Shown: positions 51,455-64,000 of the stretch, in pieces
Layout of the letters: every line of letters starts with the position of its first letter
How positions within the stretch are numbered: the stretch's first letter is position 1
Origin: Eledone cirrhosa
Taxonomy: Eukaryota
DNA: 64,000 nt
Reading direction: 5' to 3'
Assembly (NCBI GenBank): GCA_964016885.1
Contig: OZ024741.1
Location: forward strand, 229,772,001 to 229,836,000
Translations under genes and position numbers: made by a program
Notes under the pieces: model-generated
What the model was told of the DNA's origin: nothing
Databases searched by the model: none
Seen by the model: the letters and a program-made list of their open reading frames with translations, nothing else

Positions 51455-53959
51455 CAGTTATTAGGAGTATTCCAAAGCTTGGTAGAACAAGTTGTGAGGA
51501 AAGTTCTCAACATACGTTAAGGTGACTCGACAGGTTGGTAGGGATTCTGTAGTGGAAACACGAACAAACGAGGAGTGTAATCAAAGAAGAGAAATAGGAC
51601 GAAGGTAAACAGTTACAAAAGAATTTAATCCACGTATTAACAATTGTTTCATCAGAATTTCAGTCCATTATTGCTACACTATGTTAAAATAAGCAATCAA
51701 GAAAGATGCTGTGGCATCCGAATTTTCAAAATACAAAGTTGGAATGACCTTAGGAAATGAAATAAGGGGTAGTAGTGTAAGATAGAGGAACAGAGAGAGA
51801 GAGAGCAGCAAAAGAGAGGGAGAGAGAGAGAGAGAAAAGGGATAGAGGTAGGGAGAGAAAGAGATAGTGTGGTGTGAGAGGATTTGTATAGGGAGGGGGA
51901 GGAGGGCTGTGTGCTAAAAGTTGTGATAAGTAGAGGGAGAGAGAAGGAAGATAGAATTTTAAGAGGCTATTGGAAGTGGACAGGCGAAAGTCTTACCAGA
52001 GAACAGATGAAGGAAGAAAGTATTAAATTTCATATATAGTCTATTTTTAGGGGTGTAGAATTGTTATTTAGGGTAGAAAGATAGGTAGTGTTAGGATTTG
52101 GTTGAAGGTTTGAAGTGTGAGAATTTCGCTTTCAGTTTATGCTGGCAAAAAATTGACCTTTCAATTTTGTTGTTGAGTAGTTGGTGGCTTGAGCTTAGAA
52201 TATGGAAGAGCTCATTATTACACAACGGGCACGTTTTCATCCCACTCCGGTATGGAGGAGCATGTGAGAGTTTGGTCCATTTAAGGGTGTATTGTCGGTT
52301 ACTCCCTTTTAAGTGCCAAATTTTGTCCGCGAGAGTCGTTACGTAACGGTGTTGGTGGTGCTTTATTGCGTAACGATGCGTGTACCAACGAGTTTTGAAG
52401 GTGTTTGCAGTGCTGCCTATGTAGTACCAGGTTTGGTTGCCCGACTCAACCGAGCACCTGTACACTAGGTTTGAATGCAAACATTCGTTATTCAATGGAC
52501 AAGTCTCTGGAAGGTGGCAATTACAATTTCTGTTATGGGCAGTGGTGGAGTTATAGGTGGGCTGGGATGTGTGTGTGTGAGTGTGTTTTGTGCATACTGA
52601 TTGTTAGTGGGTGGTTGTGTATTAGGTGTATTATTGTGTTGAGTGATTGGGGTGTTGTTGTTACGGAGTTTTTTGGCGTTGAGCATCTTAATCTGTGCGT
52701 CTAGGTTTGGTGCAGTGGAATAAGATAGTCTAATTGTTTTGGTATTAAGTATACTACTATATTTATGTGAATTTGGAAAGTGTTTTTTTTATAATTTTGT
52801 AGAATGTGGAAGGTGTTAGAGCTAATAGAAGAGTTAAAAATAGGATTATACCAAATGTAAGATCTACTCCGTGTTCTGTTTTGCTTTGATGTTGCTGTTG
52901 TATTTGTGGTGTGGTTAGTATTAGGGGGTCTAGGTGCGTTTGTGCGGCGTTTGGTGTGTCTGTGGTTATGTGTTTTATGGTTGTGTGGGTCCATGTATTC
53001 TAGTTTGTCGGTGTGGCCAGCCCGTTCTAATGCAGTGTTGTAGTATTCAGCGTGTTGATCGAATATTTGTTGGTTAGATGAGAGGCGGGATATTCTAAGT
53101 GATATACTATGTGGCACGGACCTTATAATAGATAGTGGGTGGTTAGAGCTAGTGTGGATGTAGGTGAGGTTCTCATTGTTTTTGTGAAAGGGTGTGATAA
53201 TTTGGGTGTTGAGGTTGAAGGTGGCATCTAGGAAGTTAACTACTTTGGTACTATATTCGTAGGTGATTTTAAGGCCAAGGCTATCTAGGGTTCTTCTAAT
53301 GCTCTTACGGGTTCGTTCTATGTTTTGTTTATTCATGTTTTTAACTAATAGGAGAGCGTCATCTCTATATATTCCGCCTTGAAGGTAACTAACTTTATTA
53401 TGTAAGGTGTGGGCTATGTATATACCAACAATATCCGTAACTTGTGCTGAGTCATTAGCACCCATAGTTATGTCAAAGTTATCTATTCTATCCTTACGTA
53501 TCCAAAAGTTATTTTCAAATTTAATTATCGTCTTTCTAGCTGCTAGGATAATGTTTATTTCGTCGTCGGTTAAGTCAGAGTTGGCTTTCGCAAATTCTAG
53601 TGCCTTGTTTAGAGTATCGGGTGATATGCAGGAGTAATAGTCATTAATGTCGAATTGTATAAAGTTAGAGGTATTTTTGTTATCTATACTATTAAACCAT
53701 TTAATTGTGTCGCTAGTATTGTCCCAAAGTTTAATAACTAGTTTATTCCTTAATTGTATTATTATTCTATCTAAAATATGCTTGCTAATTTTACCTATGT
53801 CTGACTTAGATGGGCATATTAATCTAATAGTGGGTTTATCTAGGAAATCTAATTTGTGGTCCTTAAGATTAAAGGTGGGGGTGCAAGTTGTCATGGGCTC
53901 AGTTCTATGACAACTTGCATTAAATTCTTTCGTAACTGTTTACCTTCGTCCTATTTCTC

Positions 53960-53962
<3 letters not shown>
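51455..53962 (-). mobile_element. Penelope-like element 4, 5'-truncated, with pseudo-LTR
   Basis: ORFs 52701-53894 (MGANDSAQVTDIVG, YRDDAL, NFLD) and 52091-52495 (LVY..YIGST..FKTRWYTH); 53920-53960 is an inverted copy of 51588-51628. Confidence 0.9.
51634..51734 (-). ncRNA. Type I hammerhead with U3-A8 core and long stem II in the Penelope 4 pseudo-LTR
   Basis: Minus strand: GUAUU-UUGAAAA-[uUCGGA...UCUGAu]-GAAA-CAAUUG-UU-AAUAC. Confidence 0.65.
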
Positions 53963-54027
<65 letters not shown>

Positions 54028-54204
54028 TTGCATGTATGAATTAAGTTTGACTTATCCTTGTATTGTCAATAGTTTCATAGACATAAATAAGCAAGTCTAC
54101 ATCTGCAGACGTCAATTTAGATGTGTTTACATCTATGAAACCAATGGTGATATTCAGAAAAATCATACTAAGTTATTTGCTATTTTCATTCGCTGATATG
54201 CAAA

Positions 54205-54545
54205 AGAGTAAAGACCCCCTTCAGTCACGAATGACCATGGGATTTGTACCTAGAAAGTTCTCCTCCGAGACACAAGTCCAGGCAAGTTTGTTTGTGGAAG
54301 ACCAGCAGTCTCTTATGCATACCAGTCTCCCCTCTCCATGCCACTGATGTTGTTCAAGAGAAAGGCAATGGCCAATACAGCTTGGCAACAGTGATGTGGC
54401 AACTCATTTCTACAGCTGAGTGAACTGGAGCAACATGAAATAAAGTGTCTTGCTCAAGGACACAAAGCAAAGCCCGGTTTGAGAATCAAACTCGCAACCT
54501 CTTGATTGCAAGTCCAACGCTCTAACCACTAAGTCATGCACCTTG
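54205..54545 (-). mobile_element. tRNA-derived CORE-like SINE family 2, full length
   Basis: A/B boxes at the right end, GTCCTTGAGCAAGACACTTTA core; homologous to 46110-46266. Confidence 0.8.
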
Positions 54546-56139
54546 TATGCACACTTTAATAAATACACACATGCACATATACAATATGATATATGTATAT
54601 GTGTGTGATTTATTCAGAATTGTATCACCATATTTGTTGATATAACCACAATGTTTCGGCTATTGTTCTCTTCAGCCTTTTTCAAGCATTTGTCTTGTTT
54701 GTTCCAATCAAACCCTTTATTCAAACTATGTGGGAGATAGTTCTCATTCTATATCATAATTATCCTTGTAGCAATAATAGATTGGGAACAATATTAGAAG
54801 ATAAGACAATTGAATTGAACCTATAGCAGTAGAGACTTCTGGCAATCTTGATCCTTGAACCAGCTCCCTACTCACTGCTATTGGGATGGAGTTGGCCACC
54901 CACTGGAGTGAGCCCCAGGAGTTGGACTGGTTATTTCAATGCATCTCCCTCACTATCTTCCGAGGTAGCACTTTCTCTATTCTGTCCACTCGGAACATGA
55001 GGTGACATGTGCCTGAGGTTCTGCACATCTGATCGCATTATCCAAGCATATACCATTGTGGTAATGATGGTGGTAGCCTGTGTATTTATGATATATATAC
55101 ACCTATAGAAACTTCCTTAACTAACTTATAAGACTCTTAAAATATATAGATAGTATAGATATGAACACCACATAGGAGCCTTTGACTCTAGCATTGAAAC
55201 CGGCCATATCCAGTCAGAATTCTCTTACCTCTTTCTGTTCAAACCAACCGTAATCAGCCACATATACTTATGTTACGGTATTGTTCTCAAAATAAATAAC
55301 ATCAACATCTCATATATTCAATATTATGCGAGATAATTACGTGAGGTAAAGCATTTACCGTGAAAATATGGTAGTATATATAGAGTAATTATAAAGGGTT
55401 AAGAACAAAATATTATTAATCTTAAGACTTTAAAAAAGATTAGGTTTAACATTTTTGTTACTGTATTTCTAATCAAATACAATATATTTGAATTAGTTAT
55501 TGAAGAATTTGGAAGAATTTACTAGAATTATTATTTCGTTATTAAAATTGTACTTGTAACATAAACTTAACAAAAGTGAAATTATGTTGGAAGATTTTAA
55601 TTTAAATAGAAACTCTTTGAAATGTCCAGTTTTGTTTCATAGAACCTGAGGTGGTTGTAGGTGGGTTAATATCAAAAAGATTAAACCTCCTAAATATCAT
55701 CGCAAATGCCCTGCATGACAACAGCACAGTCAATATAACCATTGGTTATGTGATAAATGTGCTAGTCCATCTGATGCTCATGAGTTCAATCGTTCGTTGA
55801 GTACATCTGTATATTGTAGTTTAAAATGAACAAGCCAATGATATACATAAATACACCACTACCAACCATACCAGCTGATTTAACACACATGTATCTCCAA
55901 TGATGACACCAACACAAATGATTTCGCCATCACCACTGCAAATGACACCTACAATCTTCAGCTTGCACCTGCAACATTGCCATAATAACAGATCATTTTC
56001 TATTAATCCCCTAGTTTTTAGAGTTGTATCACAGTTTATTTAAAAGTTTGATAACAATGTCTGGAGCTTTCGTTCTAATAAGTGAATAATTTTTAATTCA
56101 TTATAAAAAGCTTAGGGCCTACTAATTTTCATAACAATA

Positions 56140-56889
56140 TCATCATCATCATCATCGTTTAACGTCCATCTTCCACGCTTGCATGGGTTTGGACGGGAGT
56201 TTTCCCACTTGAGGCAAGAGTGGTTGTCTTGCTCGCTGGCGGGTTTTCTACGGCTGGATGCCCTTCCTAACTCCAACCACGTTTACAGTGTGGACTGGGA
56301 GGTTTTTACCGTGTTACCTACACGGCCACATTACAGCGTGGACTGTGGGTTTTTTTTGTCGTGACACCTACACGACCTCATTTGTTTCGGACTGGATGTT
56401 GTGGTACCAACATAACTTCACATTTAAGGGGGGGGTAGTGGGACGGGGTGTATTTTGTTAGAGGTGCCTACTGACTGTAGTAGGTTTCACTTTGTACTTA
56501 GGTAAGGCGGGTCTTCTCTATTACTGTGTAGCGCCAAACATCTCAGTCCAGTGACATTGTCTTGGAGAGGTGTAAGTGTGTGAGGTCAGAATTTATCAAG
56601 TCGTCCCAGGTTTTTCTGGGTCTGCCTACTCCGTGGCTACCGTCTATTTTTATTGCCCTGCACTTTTTTATACAGCTGTCGTCTTTCATGCGCATCATGT
56701 GACCATACCAATGTATTCTTCTCTCGAGTAAACAACATCTGATCCCTCTTATTTCTAATTTTTCCCTTAGTTCGTTTATGCTTTGCCGTTCACGTATATT
56801 ACTATTACACATCCAGCGGAGCATGCAAGCTTCGTTCCTCTCTAGTCTGCGTATATCCTCTGCACACAATGCCCAGGTCTCACTGCCAA
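56140..56889 (-). mobile_element. RTE-type LINE 3' fragment with (GAT)n tail
   Basis: GSETWAL...MLRWMC...WYGH...GRPRKTW; similar to 62141-62900. Confidence 0.85.
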
Positions 56890-56924
56890 TATACATTTGA
56901 TAATACTGTCTGTTATTATAATAA

Positions 56925-57282
56925 CGATGGATTGGCAGTATCAGTAGAGCATCGGACACCATGCTTCACGGCAGAGAGTTACGGCCCTTTATGTTCTGAG
57001 TTCAAATCCTGCTGAGGTTAGCTTTGCCTTTCATCTTTACAGAGTCGATAAAATAAAGTACCAGTAACACACTGAGGTCGATTTAATCAACTTTCTTCTC
57101 CCCTTCAAATTACTGGCCTTGTGGCTAAAGTAGAAACAATTATAATAAATGGCTTCCTCTCTTATACATGCTATCATTATATTATACATCCAGCCTTTCA
57201 TCCTTACAGGGTCGATAAAATAAAGTACCGGTAATGTACTGGGTAATTGCTGGCCTTGTGCCAAAAGTAGAAACAATTATAT
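56925..57282 (+). mobile_element. SINE family 1, one full copy plus one partial copy
   Basis: B-box GAGTTCAAATCC and core GCCTTTCATC..GTCGATAAAATAAAGTACC (twice). Confidence 0.8.
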
Positions 57283-58700
57283 TATACATCCAGCAAAACA
57301 TACCTTATTGCTTTCTAACATTCACACATCATGTAGCATCACACAACCCAGACTTCCCTCAGTGAAAGAATCCTTTTGTCACTAGCAGACATAATAACTC
57401 CCTCAACTTTTTACGCTCCATTTTTACTCTGAGTACAATGCTTTCAAAACACCTATCCTCACTACTTATAAGGTCACCTAGTTAACAGAAGTTGTCAACT
57501 ACTCCTATGAAGCCTTCTATGCATTTAAAAGAATTCATTTCATAAATACTCTTCCTAATTAATTCTCTGCAACTGCTACTTATGGTGTCCTTCTCTGTCA
57601 GCCTGCATCCTGACTCTGTGTTCTGACTGCATCTCTTGTGCACCCACAGTTTAAATTGTGTACACAATATAGAGTTCCTACCTACATCTTTTTTGCAAAT
57701 TGAGTATGAACACTGTCTTTATTAGGTTTACATTTAAACGTCTTGATTCTAGACTCTGCTTCAATGTTTGGAAATGTTATGTGTGCATGTAGAGAAAAAA
57801 ACAAATATATATATATAGATATTTTTCTCCCCCTCTCTCTATTGTAGTGTATTATTTGCTTGTGTTGTTTATCCATTTACTTTTTGTATATGTGTACACG
57901 TGTGTGTGTGTGCGTGTGCGTGTGCGTGTGCGTGTGTGTGTGTGTGTTCTAAGTTTGGAACTTTTACATTAACTTTTTGACTAATTCAGCTTTGAGAACT
58001 CAGTTCTCAACATTCAGGAGTTCCAATGGACTGTCAGTCTTGAAACTTTTAGTTCTGATCTGAAGAACTATAATAAACAGAAGAGAGTTGAGAACTAAGA
58101 CCTGAGAGGTACTTATCTGCAGACAAATTAATTCTTTACTGAACTCATTGCTGACTTTCTCTTTTCTCACAGTATTCCTGTATACAACATTCACTGCTTT
58201 TACAAGCCACACCCTGTGAAATCTCTTCTCTAGACCAACAAATGGTTGACATAATGCTTTGTTTTTGACTAAATACTTTACCTGTAGTTGTCTTGGTAAG
58301 AGAGTACCATCCTGTCACAAACCCGAACTGCATCTCATCTAAACAATCCAGTTTCTAATTAGTTGTACTATAACTTTTTTCTGCTAGCTTTATAGTCCAT
58401 CAATTTGATACCCCTGTAAGTACTTTCTATGTGATTTCCTATGTCCTTATGTCTATGATAGTTTCACTATGTTATCCCTCTACATAATTGAGTATGTGAG
58501 TAGCTAATGCATGTCCTATTTCATTGGAGAATTTCACCATCTAATCAACTAGTTCAGCTCCTTTCTCTGTTTTCGAGTGTACAGTTATTAACTTCATTTG
58601 CTAATCTGTTGAATTTACTTGGAATAATTTATCTTTCTCCCACACAATCTCCATAATCAGCAACCTCTCATAGTAGTATTTCTATATTTTAGCCATCCCC
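57283..58700 (-). mobile_element. Old, highly decayed RTE-type LINE RT fragment
   Basis: Remnants MQFGFV.G, WLVKAV, SLLFIIVLQ, WVHKRCS that align with the 62973-63866 ORF. Confidence 0.7.
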
Positions 58701-59419
58701 AAAAATTATTTTCATGGTCTCAAAACTTTCATCTTACCTCTGCAAACTAATCATTATCACAGATTCACTGTAACTCCCCAAAAGCAGCAAAGAGAAACTT
58801 AGATTGTGGGGGTAGGGATGAGCATGTGGACATATCCTTGTTCACATAAACTTATTATTTACTCCTTATTTTAATTAAGTCACATTGACATTTAATGTAA
58901 CCTCCTGAAGGTACTGATGGAAAGGTAGCGGTTCAAGTTTTTCCTGGAAAAACTTGAACCATTAAGGTCTCCTTCCTGGATATGTCAATATTTATAAAAC
59001 AAACTTTGTATTTTATCTGATGAGAGCGTACCAAAGTATTGGTACCCTTGAAATATATATAATAGAGTAAATATGGTTTTATAAATATAGTTTCCATTTA
59101 TTAATATCATTGATATTATACTCCAGAAAACCTGTCGAGTGCTTCGAATCAGTTATAAACATTTATATTTGTTGAATTACCAACAAATTAAATATCCCTT
59201 TTGCTTATATATATATATATATATTATCAAGAAAACGAAAAATCAGTGATGCATCTGGACTTAGTTTATTTCGTGTTACAAATGTTTCGCCGGCATGTAG
59301 CTCGAGTCATGGTCCTTGTATGGATCTGGCTGATTCTACTTCTGTGGGGTTCTTTCAGACACGGGTGTTATGTCCGGAGCAAATTTTATCACTGGGGTGT
59401 TGTCATCAAAACAACACCC

Positions 59420-60907
59420 TCAATGCCATTGTAATGAGGCACTGCGCAGGGCCGGTTACAAAGACACCATAGTATACACCCCAGATAGAATAGAGCCTAA
59501 CGATATGGCGTGCAGAAATGCCAATAGTGAGGGCACCTCCCTAGGTAGAAGAATTGACCCGGTAGCAGTAGCCAGGAACACAAATAACAACACTGCTAAC
59601 TTTAATGACACAGGACCGACCAGAGATAGGACTAAGGCACCCATGGGAGCCAGACCACCCGGTGTGTGGAGGCATATGCCTGGCACACACACTGCATACT
59701 CGGTGGAAACTGGAACCTTGGACGAACAGCCTAGTTCTAGTGCCACAGCACTGACAATAGCATCACATAGACCTAAGGGGAATAGATGTATAGATGACCA
59801 CATAGAACGACGTAAATCTATAACTGTAGAACATAAGCACGACGAACGTAGCAGGCTAATAGACAGGGACAACACACGGGACGAAATTGAGGTGGGGCAG
59901 AGCACTGGGCCGGCACCGAGCCCTAGACACAACAACATGAATCCACGCACACGAAGGAACAGATCTAAGGCCATTACCTGGTTCAATGCACCTTACTCTA
60001 AACATGTACGCACCAACGTGCCAGGACTTTTCTTCTGAGCGTTAGATGAGTGCTTTCCGATGACAAATATGTACCACAAAATCTTCAACCGCCACACGGT
60101 GAAATTTTCCTTCTCCACGGCGTCGAATATGACCGACTACATGGTTAGAACTAACATGGTGAAGATGGCGCACACTGGCCATCAACCGCGCCGACAGAGT
60201 GACCATGTTTTGGAGCGCGGAGAACCACCTAGGGACATGCCTTCAAATGACAACCCAGCCCCCGAGGCGACCAGAGCGCCCGTCGAGGGTGATATGGTCC
60301 AACACCGAGAGGGAAATAGTGGCATGGGGGGGACAAATGTGTCGGCGGTGCAGCACACTGAGAACCCTGAGAGGGCCATTACAGATCGGGGCCTGGACAT
60401 CGGACGCACAAGAATTGACAGCAGAACTTGCAACTGTAGAGCGGGCACCTAGTGCCCCCTACAGGGAAAATGCTTAATGAAGGACCTAGTATACCTAAGT
60501 GTGTGGTTACGACCCAGAATGCGCATCGAACCTACATCGGCGCAACATCCACAACCCTTAAATCGCGGATGTATAATCACACGAATTCCTTCAGGAACCG
60601 TAGCAAAAGGCACTCCACTAGGTTAGCGGACCTCGTGTGGGACATGAAAGACCACGGCACCCCATGCGCCCTGGAATGGAGTATCATTTGCCACGCGAGG
60701 GCATATTCGACCGGAAGTAGAAAGTGCAGACTGTGCCTACACGAAGCCATGGAGATAGTCAGACTGAAGGATGACGCCGTCAACCTGAAGTCTGAAATTA
60801 TCATGACATGCAGACACCAGAGAAGATGCACTTTTGCAGCATGGAATCCGCCGGGTGACGCAGCCAGGGGGCACGAGAATGAGAACGTACAGACCCGTTT
60901 GGCCTAG
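59420..60907 (+). mobile_element. Penelope-like element 5, 5'-truncated (thumb/linker + GIY-YIG)
   Basis: NEALRRAGY, ITWFNAPYS, FNRHTVKFSFS, CNCR..CPLQGKC, YIGATST.LKSRMYNH, CRLCLHE. Confidence 0.85.
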
Positions 60908-62140
60908 CGGGATTAGGGGACCTGACGACATACCATGATGACGACGTCGGACCCACAGGGCAATCATATGTAGACCGGGTGCACACGTGACTGGGCACGC
61001 AATATTGGAAGATGCACCGCATGGGCCGGGACCGGCTGACACGGGGCCCACTGCCGCCCGGATCTGTGCACTAAACGTTTAGAACAGCAGACCAAAGACA
61101 TGGTGCCATGCCCCATAGCGGGCATCACATTGAATGTGTACGCCGTCAATCGTGACTATATACTCTACACCTGCTCCACTTTGGAAAAGTGATTGTTAAT
61201 ATTGTTATATCATTGTTTTGTTACTGTTACCTGTTCTATACATGGACACGAGCCTGCATCTCATAATGCCTGTGTGTAGTACATCAGATGGACGCACGCA
61301 CCTTGTCATATACCCCCCCCCCCCGTTTTTTCTCTTTTTTACTCCTTTATTTTACCCTTTCTTTTCCTGTACCTTTCTGCAGTTACATACAGATTTAATG
61401 TACCCTAAAATATTGTAAATTTATTTACATATTTTATTTTATTATCATATTGTGTTTATGTTCACGAGTTGTTTTTGTGTGTGGACACGTGTGTGGGTAT
61501 ATGTACGTATGTGTGTGTGTGTGTAGATGCGTATGTATGTGTATATATATGTGCGTGGGTGGGTGTTGGGGTGTGTGGGCTTGGGTGCACGAGCTTATGC
61601 GCGCCTGTATGTGCAGACATGCGCATATATATACATATGTGGCAGAATGTGGGTGTATGTGTGTGTGAGGGGGGGGGGTCTATGTTTGAGCATATATGTG
61701 TATACACATATATATATATATATATCTATGTCTATATGTGTATGAGTGAGTAAGTACGTATAGCCACATATGAGTGGGTGTGTGTGTGTGCGGGCGGGTA
61801 AGTGTGTGTATATATGTGTGGATGTGTATGGGTGTATATATGTGGATGTGGGTGCAGGTGCATGCATTTACGGGCCTCTATATGTGTGTATATGTATTTG
61901 TGCATACATGTATGTGTTCATGTGCATCTCTTGGGCATCTGTGCGGATGTTTATATATGGACTATATATGTTTTTTTTCATTATTATTATTATTCATGTT
62001 GTATTATTTTATCACATACCCGTATATATGTGTATATGTATGTATGAGTCTGTGTACGTGTGCGTCTGTGTATGTCTGTGTGTATATATATACGTAGGTG
62101 CGTGTGTGTGTGTGTGTGTGTATGTGTGTATAATAGAGGG

Positions 62141-64000
62141 ATCATCATCATCATCATCATCACCGTTTTACGTCCGTTCTTCCACGCTAGCATGGGTTAG
62201 ACGGGTTGTCCTGTTGTGGGCAGTGTCTGGTCGGCTGACCATGCCTTGCTCATACAGGAACTGATTTGGCTTGATTTCTACAGCTGGATGCCCTTCCTAA
62301 CACCAACCTCATTTACAGTGAGTGCTGGGTGCTTTTTTTCCGTGGCGCCTACACGTCCACTTTACAGTGTGGGCTGGGTGCTTTTTTGCCGTGGCACCTC
62401 CACGACCACCTTGCGGTGGGGGGTGTGGGGGCATATTGTCTATATGCTTCAGCTTGTACCCATGGGAGGTCCGGTACTCTGTATTACTGCGTGACGCCAG
62501 AAGTCACGGTCGTGTGTCATTGTCTTTGAGAGGTGTAATTGGGTAAGGTCGGCTTTTATCACCTCATCCCAGGTCATCTTGGGTCTCCCCACTCCGCGGT
62601 TTCCATCAACTTCTAGTGCTCTGCACCTTTTTATGCAGCTGTCATCCTTCATACGCATCACATGTCCATACCAGCGCAACCGCCTCACCTGCACACAGCA
62701 TTTGATTCCTCTTATGCTCAGTCTCTCTCTCAATTCATTTATGCTTTGTCGTTCACGTATATTATTGTTACACATCCATCGGAGCATGCAGGCTTCGTTT
62801 CTCACTAATCTACATAAGTCTTCCACCTTCAGCGCCCAGGTCTCGCTACCATGCAACATCGCTGTTCGGATACACGCATCATACAGTCTGCCTTTCATTC
62901 TGAGGGAGAAGCCTTTTGCAGCTAGCAGTGGTAGTAGTTCCCTAAACTTCTTCCATCCCGTTCTTACCCTAGTTATTGCACTTTCTGAACACCCACCTCG
63001 TTGCTAATTCGGTCACCTAGGTAGCAGAAGCTGTCTACTGTTTCTACAGGGCCCTCCCAGAGATTGGTGGTACTTGTTTCCTGTGGCTGTTTGCTGTTTG
63101 CTGTCTCAGCACAGCTGCTGCATGTGAATCTTACATTCTTAATTAAGCTTCCTGAGATCCCGCTACATCTCTTGTGTACCCATTGTTTGCATTTGGGGCA
63201 GAGAATGGAGTTCCTACCTACACCTTTCCTACATACTGAGCAAGGCCATTTCCCTGAGGGGATCTGGGTTCTGTTTTCTCGTCTACTTACAAGGACCTTA
63301 GTCTTTGTCATGTTGACTTTGAGACCCTTTCTTTCTAGTCCCTGCTTCCAGGTTTGGAATTTATTCTCTAGTTCTATCATAGATTCAGCTATGAGTGCGA
63401 GGTCATCAGCATACAGGAGTTCCCATGGGCATCCGGTCTTAAACTCCTCCGTTATTGCCTGCAGGACTATGATGAACAGGAGAGGGCTAAGAACAGAGCC
63501 CTGGTGGACCCCAACCTGTACGCTAAATTCCTCGCTATACTCATTGCTAATCCTAACTTTGCTGACTGCTCCCCTATACATGGTTTGTACCGCTTTCACA
63601 AGCCATTCATCTACTCCTAGTTTTCTAAGAGCCCACCAGATTACAGCACGTGGAACTCTGTCAAAGGCTTTCTCAAGGTCGACAAATGCCAAATAGAGTG
63701 GCTTACTTTTAGCTAGGTACTTTTCCTGTAATTGCCTCACAAGGAAGAGGGCATCAGTGGTGCCTCTTCCTGGTACAAACCCAAATTGCATCTCGTCTAT
63801 TTTCACCCGGTCCCTAATCAGCTGTGCTATAACTCTTTCTGTTACTTTCATGACCTGGTCCATCAACTTTATACCTCTATAGTTTCCTCTATCTAGTGCA
63901 TCGCCTTTACCTTTGTAGCAGTTGACAATGATGCTACTGCACCAATCTTTTGGTATGGCCCCTTCTAGTATTACCTGGTTAACGATACGTGTGGTTATAG
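62141..64000 (-). mobile_element. RTE-clade LINE: RT with Cys-rich insertion, 3' UTR and (GAT)n tail; continues past the window end
   Basis: QFGFVPGRGTTDA, FVDLEKAFDRVP, GVHQGSVLSPLLF, YADD, CSVC..CPKC..WVHKRC, FCYLG, HGSETW; one frameshift near 63000. Confidence 0.93.

Noticed and set aside
54640-54690. Minus-strand CUGAAGA/UUGAAAA...GAAAC motif
   Set aside because: No NUH triplet with a stem I partner
59273-59362. Minus-strand GUGU-CUGAAAGA...GAAACAUUUGUA-ACAC
   Set aside because: Extra base in the core and no convincing stem II; probably a decayed HHR

Overview
Eukaryotic (animal) non-genic, AT-rich DNA. The (TA)n/(CA)n/(GA)n/(TAA)n microsatellites and tRNA-derived SINEs resemble a cephalopod/mollusc genome (inference). 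No host protein-coding gene is recognisable, and most ORFs in the track are microsatellite or antisense artefacts. The window is a nest of mobile elements: a broken Helitron (Rep on +, helicase and 3' end on -), one nearly intact R4/Dong-type RLE non-LTR retrotransposon ending in (TAA)n, five decayed Penelope-like elements (RT + C-terminal GIY-YIG) with pseudo-LTRs, RTE-type and L1/Tx1-type LINE pieces, two SINE families and many fold-back inverted repeats. The main signal not shown by the ORF track is a very high density of type I hammerhead ribozyme (HHR) motifs: about 20 copies from about 10 unrelated sequence families, all identified by manual pairing. Two non-coding tandem arrays (545-bp and 595-bp units) carry one HHR per unit and look like unusually large retrozyme/circRNA templates. 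Three unrelated families carry the compensated U3-A8 core instead of C3-G8, and several have long branched stem II insertions.
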